Part shown: in pieces, positions 9,385 through 19,123 of the stretch | Layout of the letters: each line of letters begins with the position of its first letter | How positions within the stretch are numbered: the stretch's first letter is position 1 | Assembly: GCA_963664225.1 (NCBI GenBank) | Contig: OY760937.1 | Span: 4,928,001 to 4,992,000 of the forward strand | Source of the DNA: Verrucomicrobiia bacterium | GTDB taxonomy: Bacteria > Verrucomicrobiota > Verrucomicrobiia > Limisphaerales > UBA1319 | Direction of reading: 5' to 3' | Length of the DNA: 64,000 bases | The notes under the pieces: model-generated | Seen by the model: only the letters and a program-made list of their open reading frames with translations | What the model was told of the DNA's origin: nothing | Databases searched by the model: none | Translations under genes and position numbers: made by a program

Positions 9385-9852
9385 ATGCACTACAACATCA
9401 CATTAGCGAACTCCGAAGCGACTCCAACAGCAGTGGTGCGCGGTCGCGTGGAACCGAAGGATCTTTCCAAGTTCGTTCCCGCCGCGTGCGGCGAGGTCTG
9501 GTCGTTCATTCGTTCCGCTGGTCTCCCGCGCCCAGGCCGTCACGTCGCTTTGTATTTGGATGTGGGAGGGACAGTTGAGGTCGGAGCGGAGGTATCGGAG
9601 CCGTTTATCGGCAACGACCGGATTCATTGCTCTCAGTTGCCCGTTGGACGGGTGGTGACCGCCACCCACTTCGGCCCTTACCCGCGCCTTTCCGAGGCGC
9701 ATGCCGCCATTCGCCAGTGGTGCGCCGCGCACGGACATCGCCTTGCTGGCATTTCCTGGGAGGTCTATGGGCACTGGGAAGAGAGTTGGAACGCCGATCC
9801 ATCAAAAATACGCACAGATGTTTTCTACCTGCTGCAAAAACAAACGGCCTGA
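9385..9852 (+). CDS. GyrI-like small-molecule-binding protein (cassette)
   Basis: LPVGRVVTATHFGPY..L.EAH.AI.QW and WEVY motifs; followed by a truncated attC at 9847-9879. Confidence 0.85.
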   Translation: MHYNITLANSEATPTAVVRGRVEPKDLSKFVPAACGEVWSFIRSAGLPRPGRHVALYLDVGGTVEVGAEVSEPFIGNDRIHCSQLPVGRVVTATHFGPYPRLSEAHAAIRQWCAAHGHRLAGISWEVYGHWEESWNADPSKIRTDVFYLLQKQTA

Positions 9853-9997
9853 CCAGTCGCACAGTGTTCAGCGTTAAGCAGCAGCTTAATGAAGCCACAT
9901 GGCAGCAAATCATAAACGGCTCCTTGAAATACTGGAATCAAGGCCTTTCGAACTCCACCCCGTCTTCGCCCACCACTTTCTATATGATCTTCTGGTT

Positions 9998-10087
9998 CTT
10001 TGAGATCTTTGAGATCTTTGAGATCTTTGAGATCTTTGAGATCTTTGAGATCTTTGAGATCTTTGAGATCTTTGAGATCTTTGAGAT
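9998..10087. repeat. Perfect tandem repeat (CTTTGAGAT) x10
   Basis: Read directly from the sequence. Confidence 0.97.
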
Positions 10088-10342
10088 CTTCCAAGTAACA
10101 GATCTATAACAATTTGCCTCACAGGAATTTATAAAACCATAAAAAATCACAAAAACGGCCACTTATTCAGGTAAGTTATTTCCACCAAACAGGCCCCCTT
10201 CCAAGGCCAGACTTGCTATGCGGTTAACTCTTTGTTCCCCCATCCGTGCCATCTGAGAAATCCGTGGTCAAAAATCCTGTTCATCCTGACCATCCATGTT
10301 TATTTCTCTTCGCCAGGGCTTCGCCCAATCTTGTTTCGTGTC

Positions 10343-13300
10343 TCAGGACCGGGCTGTCACCAGTTTCCCTTGAACCGCATGTCCCGGTCCATTCGGTCTG
10401 GCCAGATTCAGCTCGCGCTCGCGCAGCCAGGTGAACAAAACCGGAGTGACGATCATGATGTGAATGAAGCTGCTGATCATCCCGCCAAGCACTGGCGTGG
10501 CCAGCGGGCGCATCACTTCGGACCCCGTGCTCGTGCTCCACATGATCGGAATCAGGCCCACAACGACCGTCGCGACTGTCATGGCCTTGGGCCGCAAGCG
10601 CAGTTTGGCGCCCGCCTTGACGGCCTGGATCAGGTCCGCATGGTTGAAGTTCGCGCCCCGCTGCGCTTGTTTCTTGTGCAGCGCCTCCTCGAGATAAACC
10701 ACCATGATGATGCCTGTTTCAATCGCGGTGCCAAACAGTGCGATATAGCCCACCCAGACGGCCACGCTGAAGTTATAGCCCAGGAGATACTGGAGGTAAA
10801 CGCCGCCAGTCAGCGCGAACGGTACGGCCAGTATGATGTGCGCCGCCTCCTTCGCCGAGCGATACACAATGAAGAGCAGTAGAAATATGATCCCGAGCAC
10901 CGTTGGAACGATGATGCGCAGGGTGCGCTGGGCCCGGAGCTGGTTCTCGTATTGCCCGCTCCATTCAATGGTCATTCCCTCGGCCAGTTGGATTTCCTTT
11001 GAAATGCGTTCCCGGGCTTCCTTCACGAACCCGCCCAGATCGCGTCCCTGGACGTTGGCCTGCACGAATACGCGCAGTCGTCCATTCTCGCTGGTGATTT
11101 CGCTCGGACCCTCCACGCGGGTGATTCGTGCGACCTGTCCCAGTGGAATGACTTTGCCCGAGGGGGTGAATACGAGTGTGTCGCCGATCCGGCTGATCTC
11201 ATCCCGGTCGTCCTTTTGGAAACGGACCTGTATGGGAAAGCGTTGACGGCCCTCGATCGCGGTGGAAACGTTTTTGCCGCCAAGGCCCGCTTCCACGACG
11301 TCCATTACGGTTTTGGCGCGCAGTCCATAGCGGGCCATCGCCACTCGATCCACCGCGATGTTCAGATAGGGTTTGCCCTGGAGTCGGGAGGGGGCGACCC
11401 CTGCCGCGCCGGGAATGGTGCGCATGACTTTCTCGACCTCGAAAGCCTTTTTCTGCAAAGCGTTCAGGTTGTCCCCGAGAATCTTGACCCCGACCTGGGC
11501 CCGGATCCCCGTGCTCAGCATTAATATGCGGCCTTCAATGGGATGGAGAAAACCCGGAACGTAACCCGGCGCCTGGCTGAGTTTGTCGGTCAGTTCGGCG
11601 ATCAATTTTTCCTGGGTCATGCCTGGTCGCCATTCGGATTGGGGCTTCAGCTCAATGGTGGTTTCGATCATCTCCACCGGCGCGGGATCGGTCGCCGTCT
11701 CCGAGCGCCCCAGCTTGCCCGCGGCCGACTGGACTTCGGGAAATTGTTTCATCACCTTGTCCTGCCAGGAGATGAGCCGCTTGATTTCAGTAAGCGAAGT
11801 GCTCGGGAGCAGCACGGGCATGAACAGCAGGCTGCCTTCGTTGAGCGTGGGCATGAATTCGCTGCCCATGCCTTGCGCCACTTTTCCAACGACAGGCCAG
11901 CTCGCCACGCTTTGAGCGATGGGACGCGGCAGGCCGAACGCCAGGATCAGCGCAATCGTCAACAGCGTCGCCGCGCCTCCGATGACGCTGCGGCGATGTC
12001 CCAACGCCCAGTCGAGCACCGGTTCGTAAAGGCGCAGCAGCCGTTTCATCAGCCAGTTCTCGGACTCGGGACGGAAGGGCCCGCGCACAAGGAACGTGCA
12101 GAGCGCCGGAACGATGGTGACCGCCAGGAGCGTGGCCCCGATCATGGCGAACGTTTTCGTGTACGCCAGCGGATGGAACAGTTTGCCCTCCTCACCCAGC
12201 AAGGTGAATACTGGAATGAACGCCAGGATGATGATGAGCATCGCGAAGAAAATCGGACGGCCAACCTGTTGGGAAGCTTCCAGCGTGCATTCCCAGGTCT
12301 CCGCAGCGGTGAGCCGCGTCTTGCCGCCTTTCAATTCCTCGCGCCGTTCGCAATGCCGGATCACATTCTCGGTCATCACGATCCCCGCGTCCACCAGCAC
12401 GCCGATGGCGATGGCGATGCCGCTCAGGGACATGATGTTCGAGGTGATGCCAAACTGCCGCATCAGGATGAACGAAATCAGGATCGAGACGGGCAGGGGA
12501 ATGGTCACAATCAGGATGCTGCGAAAGTGCCAGAGGAAGACGATGTGGGCCAGCGCCACAAGTATAATCTCCTCCATCAAGGTCGATTTCAAGGTGGCGA
12601 TGCTCCGGTCGATGAGCGTGCTCCGGTCATAAAACGGCTTGATGCTGACCCCGGGCGGAAGGCTCGGGGCAAGTTGGGCGATCTTCTCCTTCACCTGGCG
12701 GATGACCGCCAGACCATTCTGGCCATTGCGCATGACCACCACGCCGCCCACCACTTCCTGGCCGTCCACATCGAGGGCCCCGCGTCGGAAATCGCCCCCG
12801 AGTTGAACCGTGGCAATGTCGCGCAAATAAACCGGCGTGCCGCCGCTTTCCTTGATGACAATGTTCTCCAGGTCCGCAGTCGATTCCACCAGTCCAACGC
12901 CTCGCACGACAAACTCCATGCCGTTTTCCTCGATCGCCTTCCCGCCCACATTCAGGTTGCTCTGCTCGACGGCCTCGAGGACATCCTGCAGGGACACCTG
13001 CACGTTCCGCATTCGTGTGGGTGAGACCTCGATCTGATACTGGCGCACGAAGCCGCCGATGCTGCCCACCTCCGCCACGCCGGACACGGCGTTGAGTTGA
13101 TAACGGATGAACCAGTCCTGCACTGAGCGCAATTGGGAGAGATCGTAGCCGCCTTTCGGGGCCTTCGCCGGGTCCACAGCCAGATAATACTGGTAAACCC
13201 ACCCAAGCCCGGTGGCGTCGGGACCCAGTTTGGGGATGACCCCCTCGGGGAGCCTGTCCTCAAGGTAGTTCAGCCGCTCGAGCACCCGTGAACGGGCGAA

Positions 13301-13612
13301 ATAGTTATCGATGTCCTCCTCGAATATGACCGTGATGAACGTGAAGCCGAACATCGACGAAGCGCGGATGTCCTTGACCCCCGCCAGACCCTGAAGATTC
13401 ACCGAAAGCGGATAGGTCACCTGGTCCTCGACTTCTTGCGGGCTCCGGCCCGGCCAGTCGGCGAACACAATCACCTGATTCTCGCTCAAGTCGGGAATCG
13501 CGTCCACCGGTGTGTAGTAAAGGGAACGGACCCCCCAACCAACCATGAGCAAGGCAACGCAAAGTACAATAAATCGATTCCGCAGCGACCATTCGATTAT
13601 GCGATTGATCAT
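10343..13612 (-). CDS. cusA: CusA/CzcA heavy-metal efflux RND permease
   Basis: DAIPDLSENQVIV, GPDATGLGWVYQY, TDPAPVEMIET and RLRPKAMT motifs. Confidence 0.93.
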   Translation of the reverse strand: MINRIIEWSLRNRFIVLCVALLMVGWGVRSLYYTPVDAIPDLSENQVIVFADWPGRSPQEVEDQVTYPLSVNLQGLAGVKDIRASSMFGFTFITVIFEEDIDNYFARSRVLERLNYLEDRLPEGVIPKLGPDATGLGWVYQYYLAVDPAKAPKGGYDLSQLRSVQDWFIRYQLNAVSGVAEVGSIGGFVRQYQIEVSPTRMRNVQVSLQDVLEAVEQSNLNVGGKAIEENGMEFVVRGVGLVESTADLENIVIKESGGTPVYLRDIATVQLGGDFRRGALDVDGQEVVGGVVVMRNGQNGLAVIRQVKEKIAQLAPSLPPGVSIKPFYDRSTLIDRSIATLKSTLMEEIILVALAHIVFLWHFRSILIVTIPLPVSILISFILMRQFGITSNIMSLSGIAIAIGVLVDAGIVMTENVIRHCERREELKGGKTRLTAAETWECTLEASQQVGRPIFFAMLIIILAFIPVFTLLGEEGKLFHPLAYTKTFAMIGATLLAVTIVPALCTFLVRGPFRPESENWLMKRLLRLYEPVLDWALGHRRSVIGGAATLLTIALILAFGLPRPIAQSVASWPVVGKVAQGMGSEFMPTLNEGSLLFMPVLLPSTSLTEIKRLISWQDKVMKQFPEVQSAAGKLGRSETATDPAPVEMIETTIELKPQSEWRPGMTQEKLIAELTDKLSQAPGYVPGFLHPIEGRILMLSTGIRAQVGVKILGDNLNALQKKAFEVEKVMRTIPGAAGVAPSRLQGKPYLNIAVDRVAMARYGLRAKTVMDVVEAGLGGKNVSTAIEGRQRFPIQVRFQKDDRDEISRIGDTLVFTPSGKVIPLGQVARITRVEGPSEITSENGRLRVFVQANVQGRDLGGFVKEARERISKEIQLAEGMTIEWSGQYENQLRAQRTLRIIVPTVLGIIFLLLFIVYRSAKEAAHIILAVPFALTGGVYLQYLLGYNFSVAVWVGYIALFGTAIETGIIMVVYLEEALHKKQAQRGANFNHADLIQAVKAGAKLRLRPKAMTVATVVVGLIPIMWSTSTGSEVMRPLATPVLGGMISSFIHIMIVTPVLFTWLRERELNLARPNGPGHAVQGKLVTARS

Positions 13613-13660
13613 AGAATTTTCCTCAAAGCAGAACCGTCAGGTTGAAGTGGGCTGGATTTG

Positions 13661-15766
13661 TCACTTCTTCACCTCCTCGCCGCAAGTCAGCATTTTCGAA
13701 CCATAGAATGGATTTTGCAGCGGACCTTTGGCTTGCATCCACAAACCCGGCTTGGGCGCCATCGGACAGTGATAGATCTTAAGGTCGCCGAACGCGGCGT
13801 CTTCCTTCCTCAACTGTTTCGTCAATTCCGCCATTGCGGTGCTGAACGGCAGGAATTGCTTGCGCGCGCCATCCAGGTCCGCAGCCGGAGGGGCTTTGGC
13901 GGCGGCTGTAAGGGGTTCAATGAGCTTGCCCCAGCGATGGTCCGCGCCAAACTCCTGCGGCAATGCCAGCAGGGCGTTTGGTTCATTTGTGAGCAACTGG
14001 TTGAATTTGGCAAAATCGTCCGCAGCCAGAGCCTGGCTGATACCGTCACTGGTTGCCATCAATGCATTGAGCGCCTGACGCTGGCCCGGCGTGAGTGCGG
14101 ATGAATCGGCGGCATCGGCTTTTTTCGCCTCTGCGGGCGCGGATGCCGGTGCTGTGGTTTCGCCCGCCTGCAGGGTCGCGTCTGGCATTGCAGCCTCCTG
14201 AGGCGGAGGCTGGTTTTCCGCCATGGCCATCGGTTGCGCGGTTTGCTCGGCAGCGTTCTGGGATCCGTTCGTGGGTTTCTGCGCCAGTTCAGCCAGAATT
14301 GCGTTTCTACGAACCCACTGCAATTCCGACCCGGGAGACATGATGGCCGCCATCCTTTCAGTTCGGCCAGCGCTCGCCTGCTTGCCGTAGGATGGAGCCT
14401 TGTTCGTCGAAGAAGTCGTTTGGGACGAATCTTTTTCAGATTCCATGTCGGGTTGAATCGTGGAATTAAGCGCTTCTCCAGCGAGGCTTGGTGTCGTGGG
14501 CGCCTGTGCATCCGCCGGGGGGGGCGTCACTATTTCGTTTGTTGCTGGCATCGGCATGGGCTCGCTCATTGGCGCTTCGTCCGCAACCTCGACTTCCGAT
14601 TGTGAGGTCGCATTGAATTGGGCCTGGGAATCCATGAGCACGTTTCCGGAGGTCACCACACTCTCGCCTTCCTCCACTCCTTTGAGCACCTCCCAATAAT
14701 CGTCGCCCTCGCGCCCCAGTTTAAGACGCCGCCGCTCATACGCTCCGCCTCCCTTGTCAACATACGCATAAGCAATGCTGCCCGGCAAAAGCACTGCCGA
14801 GCGCGGCACCGTCATGACACTGGACACCGTGGCGCGCGCAAGTCCCTCCGCATACATCCCAAAACGCAACGCCCGTTGCGGATGCCCTTGATGGGTCAGC
14901 ACGGGATTGGGGATATCCGCGCGCACCTTGACGGCGCGGGTGGCCTCGTTGAGCGCGGGTTCGATAAACGAAATGACCGCCGCGAACACCTTGCCGGGCG
15001 CCGCCTGAACCGTCACATCGAGCTTCTGGCCCACGTTGAACCATTGCAACTGCCGCTCATAGACGTCGAACCGAAACCAAAGCGAGGACGCGTCCGCGAT
15101 CGCCAGCAGGCGATCTCCCTCCGTCACATATTGTCCAAGGTAAACATTTCTCTCGAGCACCACTCCCGACTGTGGCGCCAGAATGTCCCCCGTATAAAGT
15201 TGGTTGTCGGGATTGGCCTTCAAACCGGGATACATGCCATCGCTGCCTGTAACCTGCCGCACCGCCAGTAGCGTTTTGCGCAATTGCACCAGTTCGGGGC
15301 TGAACATGGTCATCAGCTTTTGTCCCCGCTCCACCTCCACGCCCACATAATCCACATTCAGCGCGTCGATGCGGCCTCGCGCCGGCGCCGAAACAATGGA
15401 CTTGCGCGTTTCGTTTGCATCCAGGGTTCCCGCGATTCGGAAGCTGCGTGAGAGAGGCCTTCGTTTCACCTCCTCGGTCTGCACGTTCAACACGGTGATG
15501 TTGTTCGAGTTCAAAACGATTGTGCCTGGCGCCACCGCGAAGCCCTTGTCTCCCTCGTAAATGGCCGTCAGGTCCATGCCGCAGATGGTGCACTTGCCGG
15601 GCCGGTCGGATTTAACCGAGGGATGCATCGAGTCCTGGTAATACAAAACCTTGCGCCCGGCGGTTTCCGCGGCCAGTCCGGCGGCGTGATTTCTGAAGAC
15701 GCTCCCCAGCGTCACAATCACTCCAATGGCGAGCAGAAGAGTAAGGGCCTTGTTTGTTGTCTTCAT
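13661..15766 (-). CDS. cusB: CusB-type RND periplasmic adaptor with N-terminal heavy-metal-binding domain and C-terminal DUF3347-like domain
   Basis: YQDSMHP...PGKCTICGMDL; MFP core; C-terminal HCPMA...WMQ...NPFYG..MLTCG. Confidence 0.88.
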   Translation of the reverse strand: MKTTNKALTLLLAIGVIVTLGSVFRNHAAGLAAETAGRKVLYYQDSMHPSVKSDRPGKCTICGMDLTAIYEGDKGFAVAPGTIVLNSNNITVLNVQTEEVKRRPLSRSFRIAGTLDANETRKSIVSAPARGRIDALNVDYVGVEVERGQKLMTMFSPELVQLRKTLLAVRQVTGSDGMYPGLKANPDNQLYTGDILAPQSGVVLERNVYLGQYVTEGDRLLAIADASSLWFRFDVYERQLQWFNVGQKLDVTVQAAPGKVFAAVISFIEPALNEATRAVKVRADIPNPVLTHQGHPQRALRFGMYAEGLARATVSSVMTVPRSAVLLPGSIAYAYVDKGGGAYERRRLKLGREGDDYWEVLKGVEEGESVVTSGNVLMDSQAQFNATSQSEVEVADEAPMSEPMPMPATNEIVTPPPADAQAPTTPSLAGEALNSTIQPDMESEKDSSQTTSSTNKAPSYGKQASAGRTERMAAIMSPGSELQWVRRNAILAELAQKPTNGSQNAAEQTAQPMAMAENQPPPQEAAMPDATLQAGETTAPASAPAEAKKADAADSSALTPGQRQALNALMATSDGISQALAADDFAKFNQLLTNEPNALLALPQEFGADHRWGKLIEPLTAAAKAPPAADLDGARKQFLPFSTAMAELTKQLRKEDAAFGDLKIYHCPMAPKPGLWMQAKGPLQNPFYGSKMLTCGEEVKK

Positions 15767-15821
15767 GGTAATTACGGTCTCAATAATAGTTCAATGATGC
15801 GGGATTGTGCAAGCCGCATGG

Positions 15822-16535
15822 TCAACGTGCCGTGGCCGGATTCCAGGAATCCAATTGGCGCGGCGGGTCAAAAGTGTTTTTCAGCTCCAACGATTGGGCA
15901 TGTCCGTCCACAAACGTGTAATTGGCGCGGCCCGAATGGCGCCGGGAGTCCACCTCCGCCGCATCCGCCGCCGAGGTCCAGAAATGCGGCATGATATGAT
16001 CCGCGCTGGTCGCGTTTTCCGCATAAATTACCGTCGCGCACGGTTTGGGTATGCTCGTCATGCGCCGCCAGCTCGCCGGTTTGCCGGAGTAATCGTCGTC
16101 GGTTCCCAATTCGAAATAAACATTTTGTCCGTAGCTCCATGGCGTCGGCCGCCTGTCTGTCGGGCAATGGTAGAGCCCCTGGAGCAGATTCGTCCAGGAC
16201 GCCCCGCGCACACCTAATTGAGGCGCCATGGCGCGCCCCCAGGTCAGTTGACCGTGCGCAAAAGCCGAGTGCTGGCTCCGTGGAAACTCGTCCGCATTAT
16301 CGTCGGCGTAGAGACACACCGCCAGGCCAATCTGGCGCATCTGGTTGTTGCACCCCGTGGCGCGGGCCTTTTCCTTGGCCCGGGCCAGTGCTGGCAGCAG
16401 CATGCCTGCAAGCACCGCGATGATGGCGATCACCACCAGCAATTCGATGAGTGTAAAGGCGCGCCGCGCCGTCGGATCGGGAAGCGTTGTTCCCAAACCG
16501 CACGGCGCGCTCGCGTTGTAATGTATTGTTTTCAT
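15822..16535 (-). CDS. Prepilin-type N-terminal cleavage/methylation protein with H-X9-DG motif (DUF1559-like)
   Basis: [48 protein letters not shown]. Confidence 0.9.
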   Translation of the reverse strand: MKTIHYNASAPCGLGTTLPDPTARRAFTLIELLVVIAIIAVLAGMLLPALARAKEKARATGCNNQMRQIGLAVCLYADDNADEFPRSQHSAFAHGQLTWGRAMAPQLGVRGASWTNLLQGLYHCPTDRRPTPWSYGQNVYFELGTDDDYSGKPASWRRMTSIPKPCATVIYAENATSADHIMPHFWTSAADAAEVDSRRHSGRANYTFVDGHAQSLELKNTFDPPRQLDSWNPATAR

Positions 16536-16552
16536 GCGCCACCTCCGGCAGC

Positions 16553-17374
16553 TTAAGGAAGCTTTCTCATGCGGAAGATCTTGCGACCCTCGCCGGCTTC
16601 CATGATCACCGTCGGCTTGCCATCCACCATCGCCGGTGAATTCGTCACGCCGGTCCAATTGTTGGCCGCCTCATTGTCCGCCGCCTCCAACACCCAATTC
16701 CCCGTGGATTCAGGCCAGGCGATCACAATTTTATTCCCGATCGCCAATTGGGGACGCCCATCGGACACGTTGGTCCAATTCAGCTCGAATGGCCCCGTGC
16801 CTGAGTCCGCCACTTCTTCGCCCGTTACCGTGTTCACCAGATAAGCTTCGAACTGCGCCGAGAATCCGTTTGTGCCCGGCGGCGCTGTGACGCAGGGATG
16901 AAACATGGTTGCGCTCCAATACAGGGCGTTCGTCGTGCCTTCCGTGCCAAAGATCGGTTCCCATTTATACGGAAGAGACATCGCGTGAGCCCGATAAAAA
17001 CCGAGTCCCGGCGAACCGGACAATTTACGAATCCAGATCGCTGCATCGGCCGGCATGGGATCGGTCGTGGGCCCCATGACGAATCCATAGCGTTTGCTAA
17101 ACGAGAGACCCTGGCGGCTCGGATCCAGCGCCGCAAACCAAGGATCGGACGGGTTGAATCCGTCGTTGGGATTGCTCACCAGTAGAGGTGTTAGCTGCGG
17201 GATGGTTGGATCCACCTTCACATGCAAAGCTCCGTCCGCCTCGCTGTAGGTGATCTCCGGCATCACCATGGTTCCCTGCATGGGAACGTTTGTGAGAACC
17301 GCTCCAAAACTTGATTCATGACCGCCCAATAGCAAGGCGGCGCCGATCAGAACAACTCGAAATGTTTTTTTCAT
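16553..17374 (-). CDS. Secreted Met/His-bearing hypothetical protein
   Basis: Signal peptide; [12 protein letters not shown] and MFHP segments; C-terminal W...W...FR domain. Confidence 0.75.
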   Translation of the reverse strand: MKKTFRVVLIGAALLLGGHESSFGAVLTNVPMQGTMVMPEITYSEADGALHVKVDPTIPQLTPLLVSNPNDGFNPSDPWFAALDPSRQGLSFSKRYGFVMGPTTDPMPADAAIWIRKLSGSPGLGFYRAHAMSLPYKWEPIFGTEGTTNALYWSATMFHPCVTAPPGTNGFSAQFEAYLVNTVTGEEVADSGTGPFELNWTNVSDGRPQLAIGNKIVIAWPESTGNWVLEAADNEAANNWTGVTNSPAMVDGKPTVIMEAGEGRKIFRMRKLP

Positions 17375-17586
17375 GACTGATTCCAGAAAAGGTTGACTGC
17401 TTTTAATCTCCGGCAATGGATTGGAGGCGAAACGATCGTTGCCAATCGGTCTGAATTGAGGAAAACGCCGCTCTCCCGGCATGGAGACCGCAATTCAGAG
17501 CCTGTCGGGGCCGGTTTTGCATGGTTTTCGCGCTTTGGCGTGGCCACGCTGTATGACGACAGGACAACGAAGAGCGGCGTCTGGAA

Positions 17587-17988
17587 TCAGCCCATCCTTG
17601 GCGGCGGAGTAAGCGGGGACTCGAGAAAGTCACTATGCCAGTTGGGTACAAACGGCACGACTTCCCTGTCAACCAAGGATGGAAGAAGTAATGTCGAAGA
17701 CGCTGGATCGAACATCAGCGTGTTCTCCTCGTGAGGCTGGAACAAGGGAATCGTTTTATTGGCGGTCTGCTCTTGTTGGCGGCCTTCCTGGATGGAAACG
17801 CAGATGGCGCAAGGGTGTTTCCCATCGAACGTTCGGCTCACAGCCCAGTTCAGGCTGCCGTGCTGCGCATTATTCACAATCATGGTCGCCCACGCAATGG
17901 ACTGGAATACCAGCCAGTGCCCCCCCATGGTTGCCAGCAAGGCAACCAGGGACGCAGTGCAGCCCATGATTCTGAATAGTCTTTTCAC
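17587..17988 (-). CDS. DUF2946-like CxxC/PPP small protein
   Basis: GGHW..QSIAW.TM...TFDGKHPCAIC...PPPR; GTG start. Confidence 0.65.
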   Translation of the reverse strand: MKRLFRIMGCTASLVALLATMGGHWLVFQSIAWATMIVNNAQHGSLNWAVSRTFDGKHPCAICVSIQEGRQQEQTANKTIPLFQPHEENTLMFDPASSTLLLPSLVDREVVPFVPNWHSDFLESPLTPPPRMG

Positions 17989-18364
17989 GAGGATTGCATT
18001 CGACTCATTGGATCATTCAAGCTCATATTGCCAGCGCCTATTCGACGGGGTGGAAGACAAAACTCAGGAAGCTGGTAAAAGTCTAAACCGTACGAACCCA
18101 GCCAGGACGCCAGTCGGCGGTGTGGGCCATGTAATCCGGCGCGGCGGCATCCTCCAAACCGTGCAACAAACCCAGGGCTCGCAATACTCCTCCTTCTCCT
18201 GGGGGAGAAGGCCGGGATGAGGGCGGTCGTCCTTTCAAATCCGACTTTTGCCGGACCCTCAATCGGCGCCCGGCCATTCCCGAAACTCATGCTATATTTG
18301 TTTCGCATATACTTGCATGCCCTTTTTAAGGACTTTTTTGCCCGCCGAAGAATATTGCCAGCGC

Positions 18365-18997
18365 CTATTCGACGATGAGATTGTCCACACGAGATGTGCC
18401 TATGACGAGGGACATCACACTGCCGCTTTTAACGGTGCCCGATGGATTGGGCAAAAGCGCCGAGTAGGTTTTCCCGGGAACGATCCTTCCTGCGGGTGGT
18501 GGAAACTCTCCCGCCAGTCGCAAGGCCAGCGCCCGGCTCCGGGCCCGCACGGTCCCGGACACCACCTGATCCTGTGGGGCAGAGGTCAACTGGTATTCCG
18601 TTCCCGTGGCAGTGTCGATGAGATAGGCCGTATTGGTTCCGCTCCCCACCAATCCCGCTTTTTCGGCGGACGCAATTTGATATTGCAGGTCGATGGCCGA
18701 ACCCTGCCTGGCGAGCGCAAGTTTCACGACCCGGACGCCCCAATCCTTTTCCACGGCAGTCGGTGCTGCAGGCGCTGCGGGCGCGGGCGCGACGGCTGTC
18801 GGTGATTTCACCACTGCCATGGGTCGCGCCGGTTCCGCAGTCGGAACGGGCAGTGGGATATTCTCTTTTGGAGCCGGCTTGTTCGGAGAGAGCAGGAACA
18901 TCCCCACCAGGATGACAGCGATTGCCAAAACCGTCAGAATGATCATCCGCGGTCTGACACCATCGTTGATGACTTCATCATTCATGACGTTGTTCAT
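18365..18997 (-). CDS. Membrane-anchored hypothetical protein of a type seen beside large multicopper oxidases
   Basis: N-terminal TM, Pro/Ala linker, WGVRV..L.L...G..IDL.Y...NP...VKSG...VIG...NLIVE. Confidence 0.7.
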   Translation of the reverse strand: MNNVMNDEVINDGVRPRMIILTVLAIAVILVGMFLLSPNKPAPKENIPLPVPTAEPARPMAVVKSPTAVAPAPAAPAAPTAVEKDWGVRVVKLALARQGSAIDLQYQIASAEKAGLVGSGTNTAYLIDTATGTEYQLTSAPQDQVVSGTVRARSRALALRLAGEFPPPAGRIVPGKTYSALLPNPSGTVKSGSVMSLVIGTSRVDNLIVE

Positions 18998-19123
18998 GGA
19001 ATTGTCTTTTGTTCAAAATGTCTTGTTTCCGCCTGACTTGCCCGCGGGTGATTTCCGCGCGTCGGTCAGTCGTGTTTCCGGTTTGTTTCATTATAGCGGT
19101 CGCCTGTGTCGCGGTTCGGTTAT

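Larger units (their letters stand above)
5423..9879 (+). mobile_element. Integron gene-cassette array lacking integrase (CALIN-like)
   Basis: Small co-oriented ORFs, each separated by related imperfect inverted repeats of about 99 bp (or deleted forms) bounded by GCCT(A/G)AC...GTTAGRY; no intI in the window. Confidence 0.8.

Noticed and set aside
5423..9879. CRISPR interpretation of the recurring repeats
   Set aside because: The repeats are ~99 bp, degenerate and separated by whole genes; there are no uniform spacers or cas genes
9627..10162. ORFs containing FEI/KDL/SQR/ISK repeats
   Set aside because: They are open only because the 9 bp repeat lacks stops in those frames, and they overlap the GyrI gene or an attC remnant
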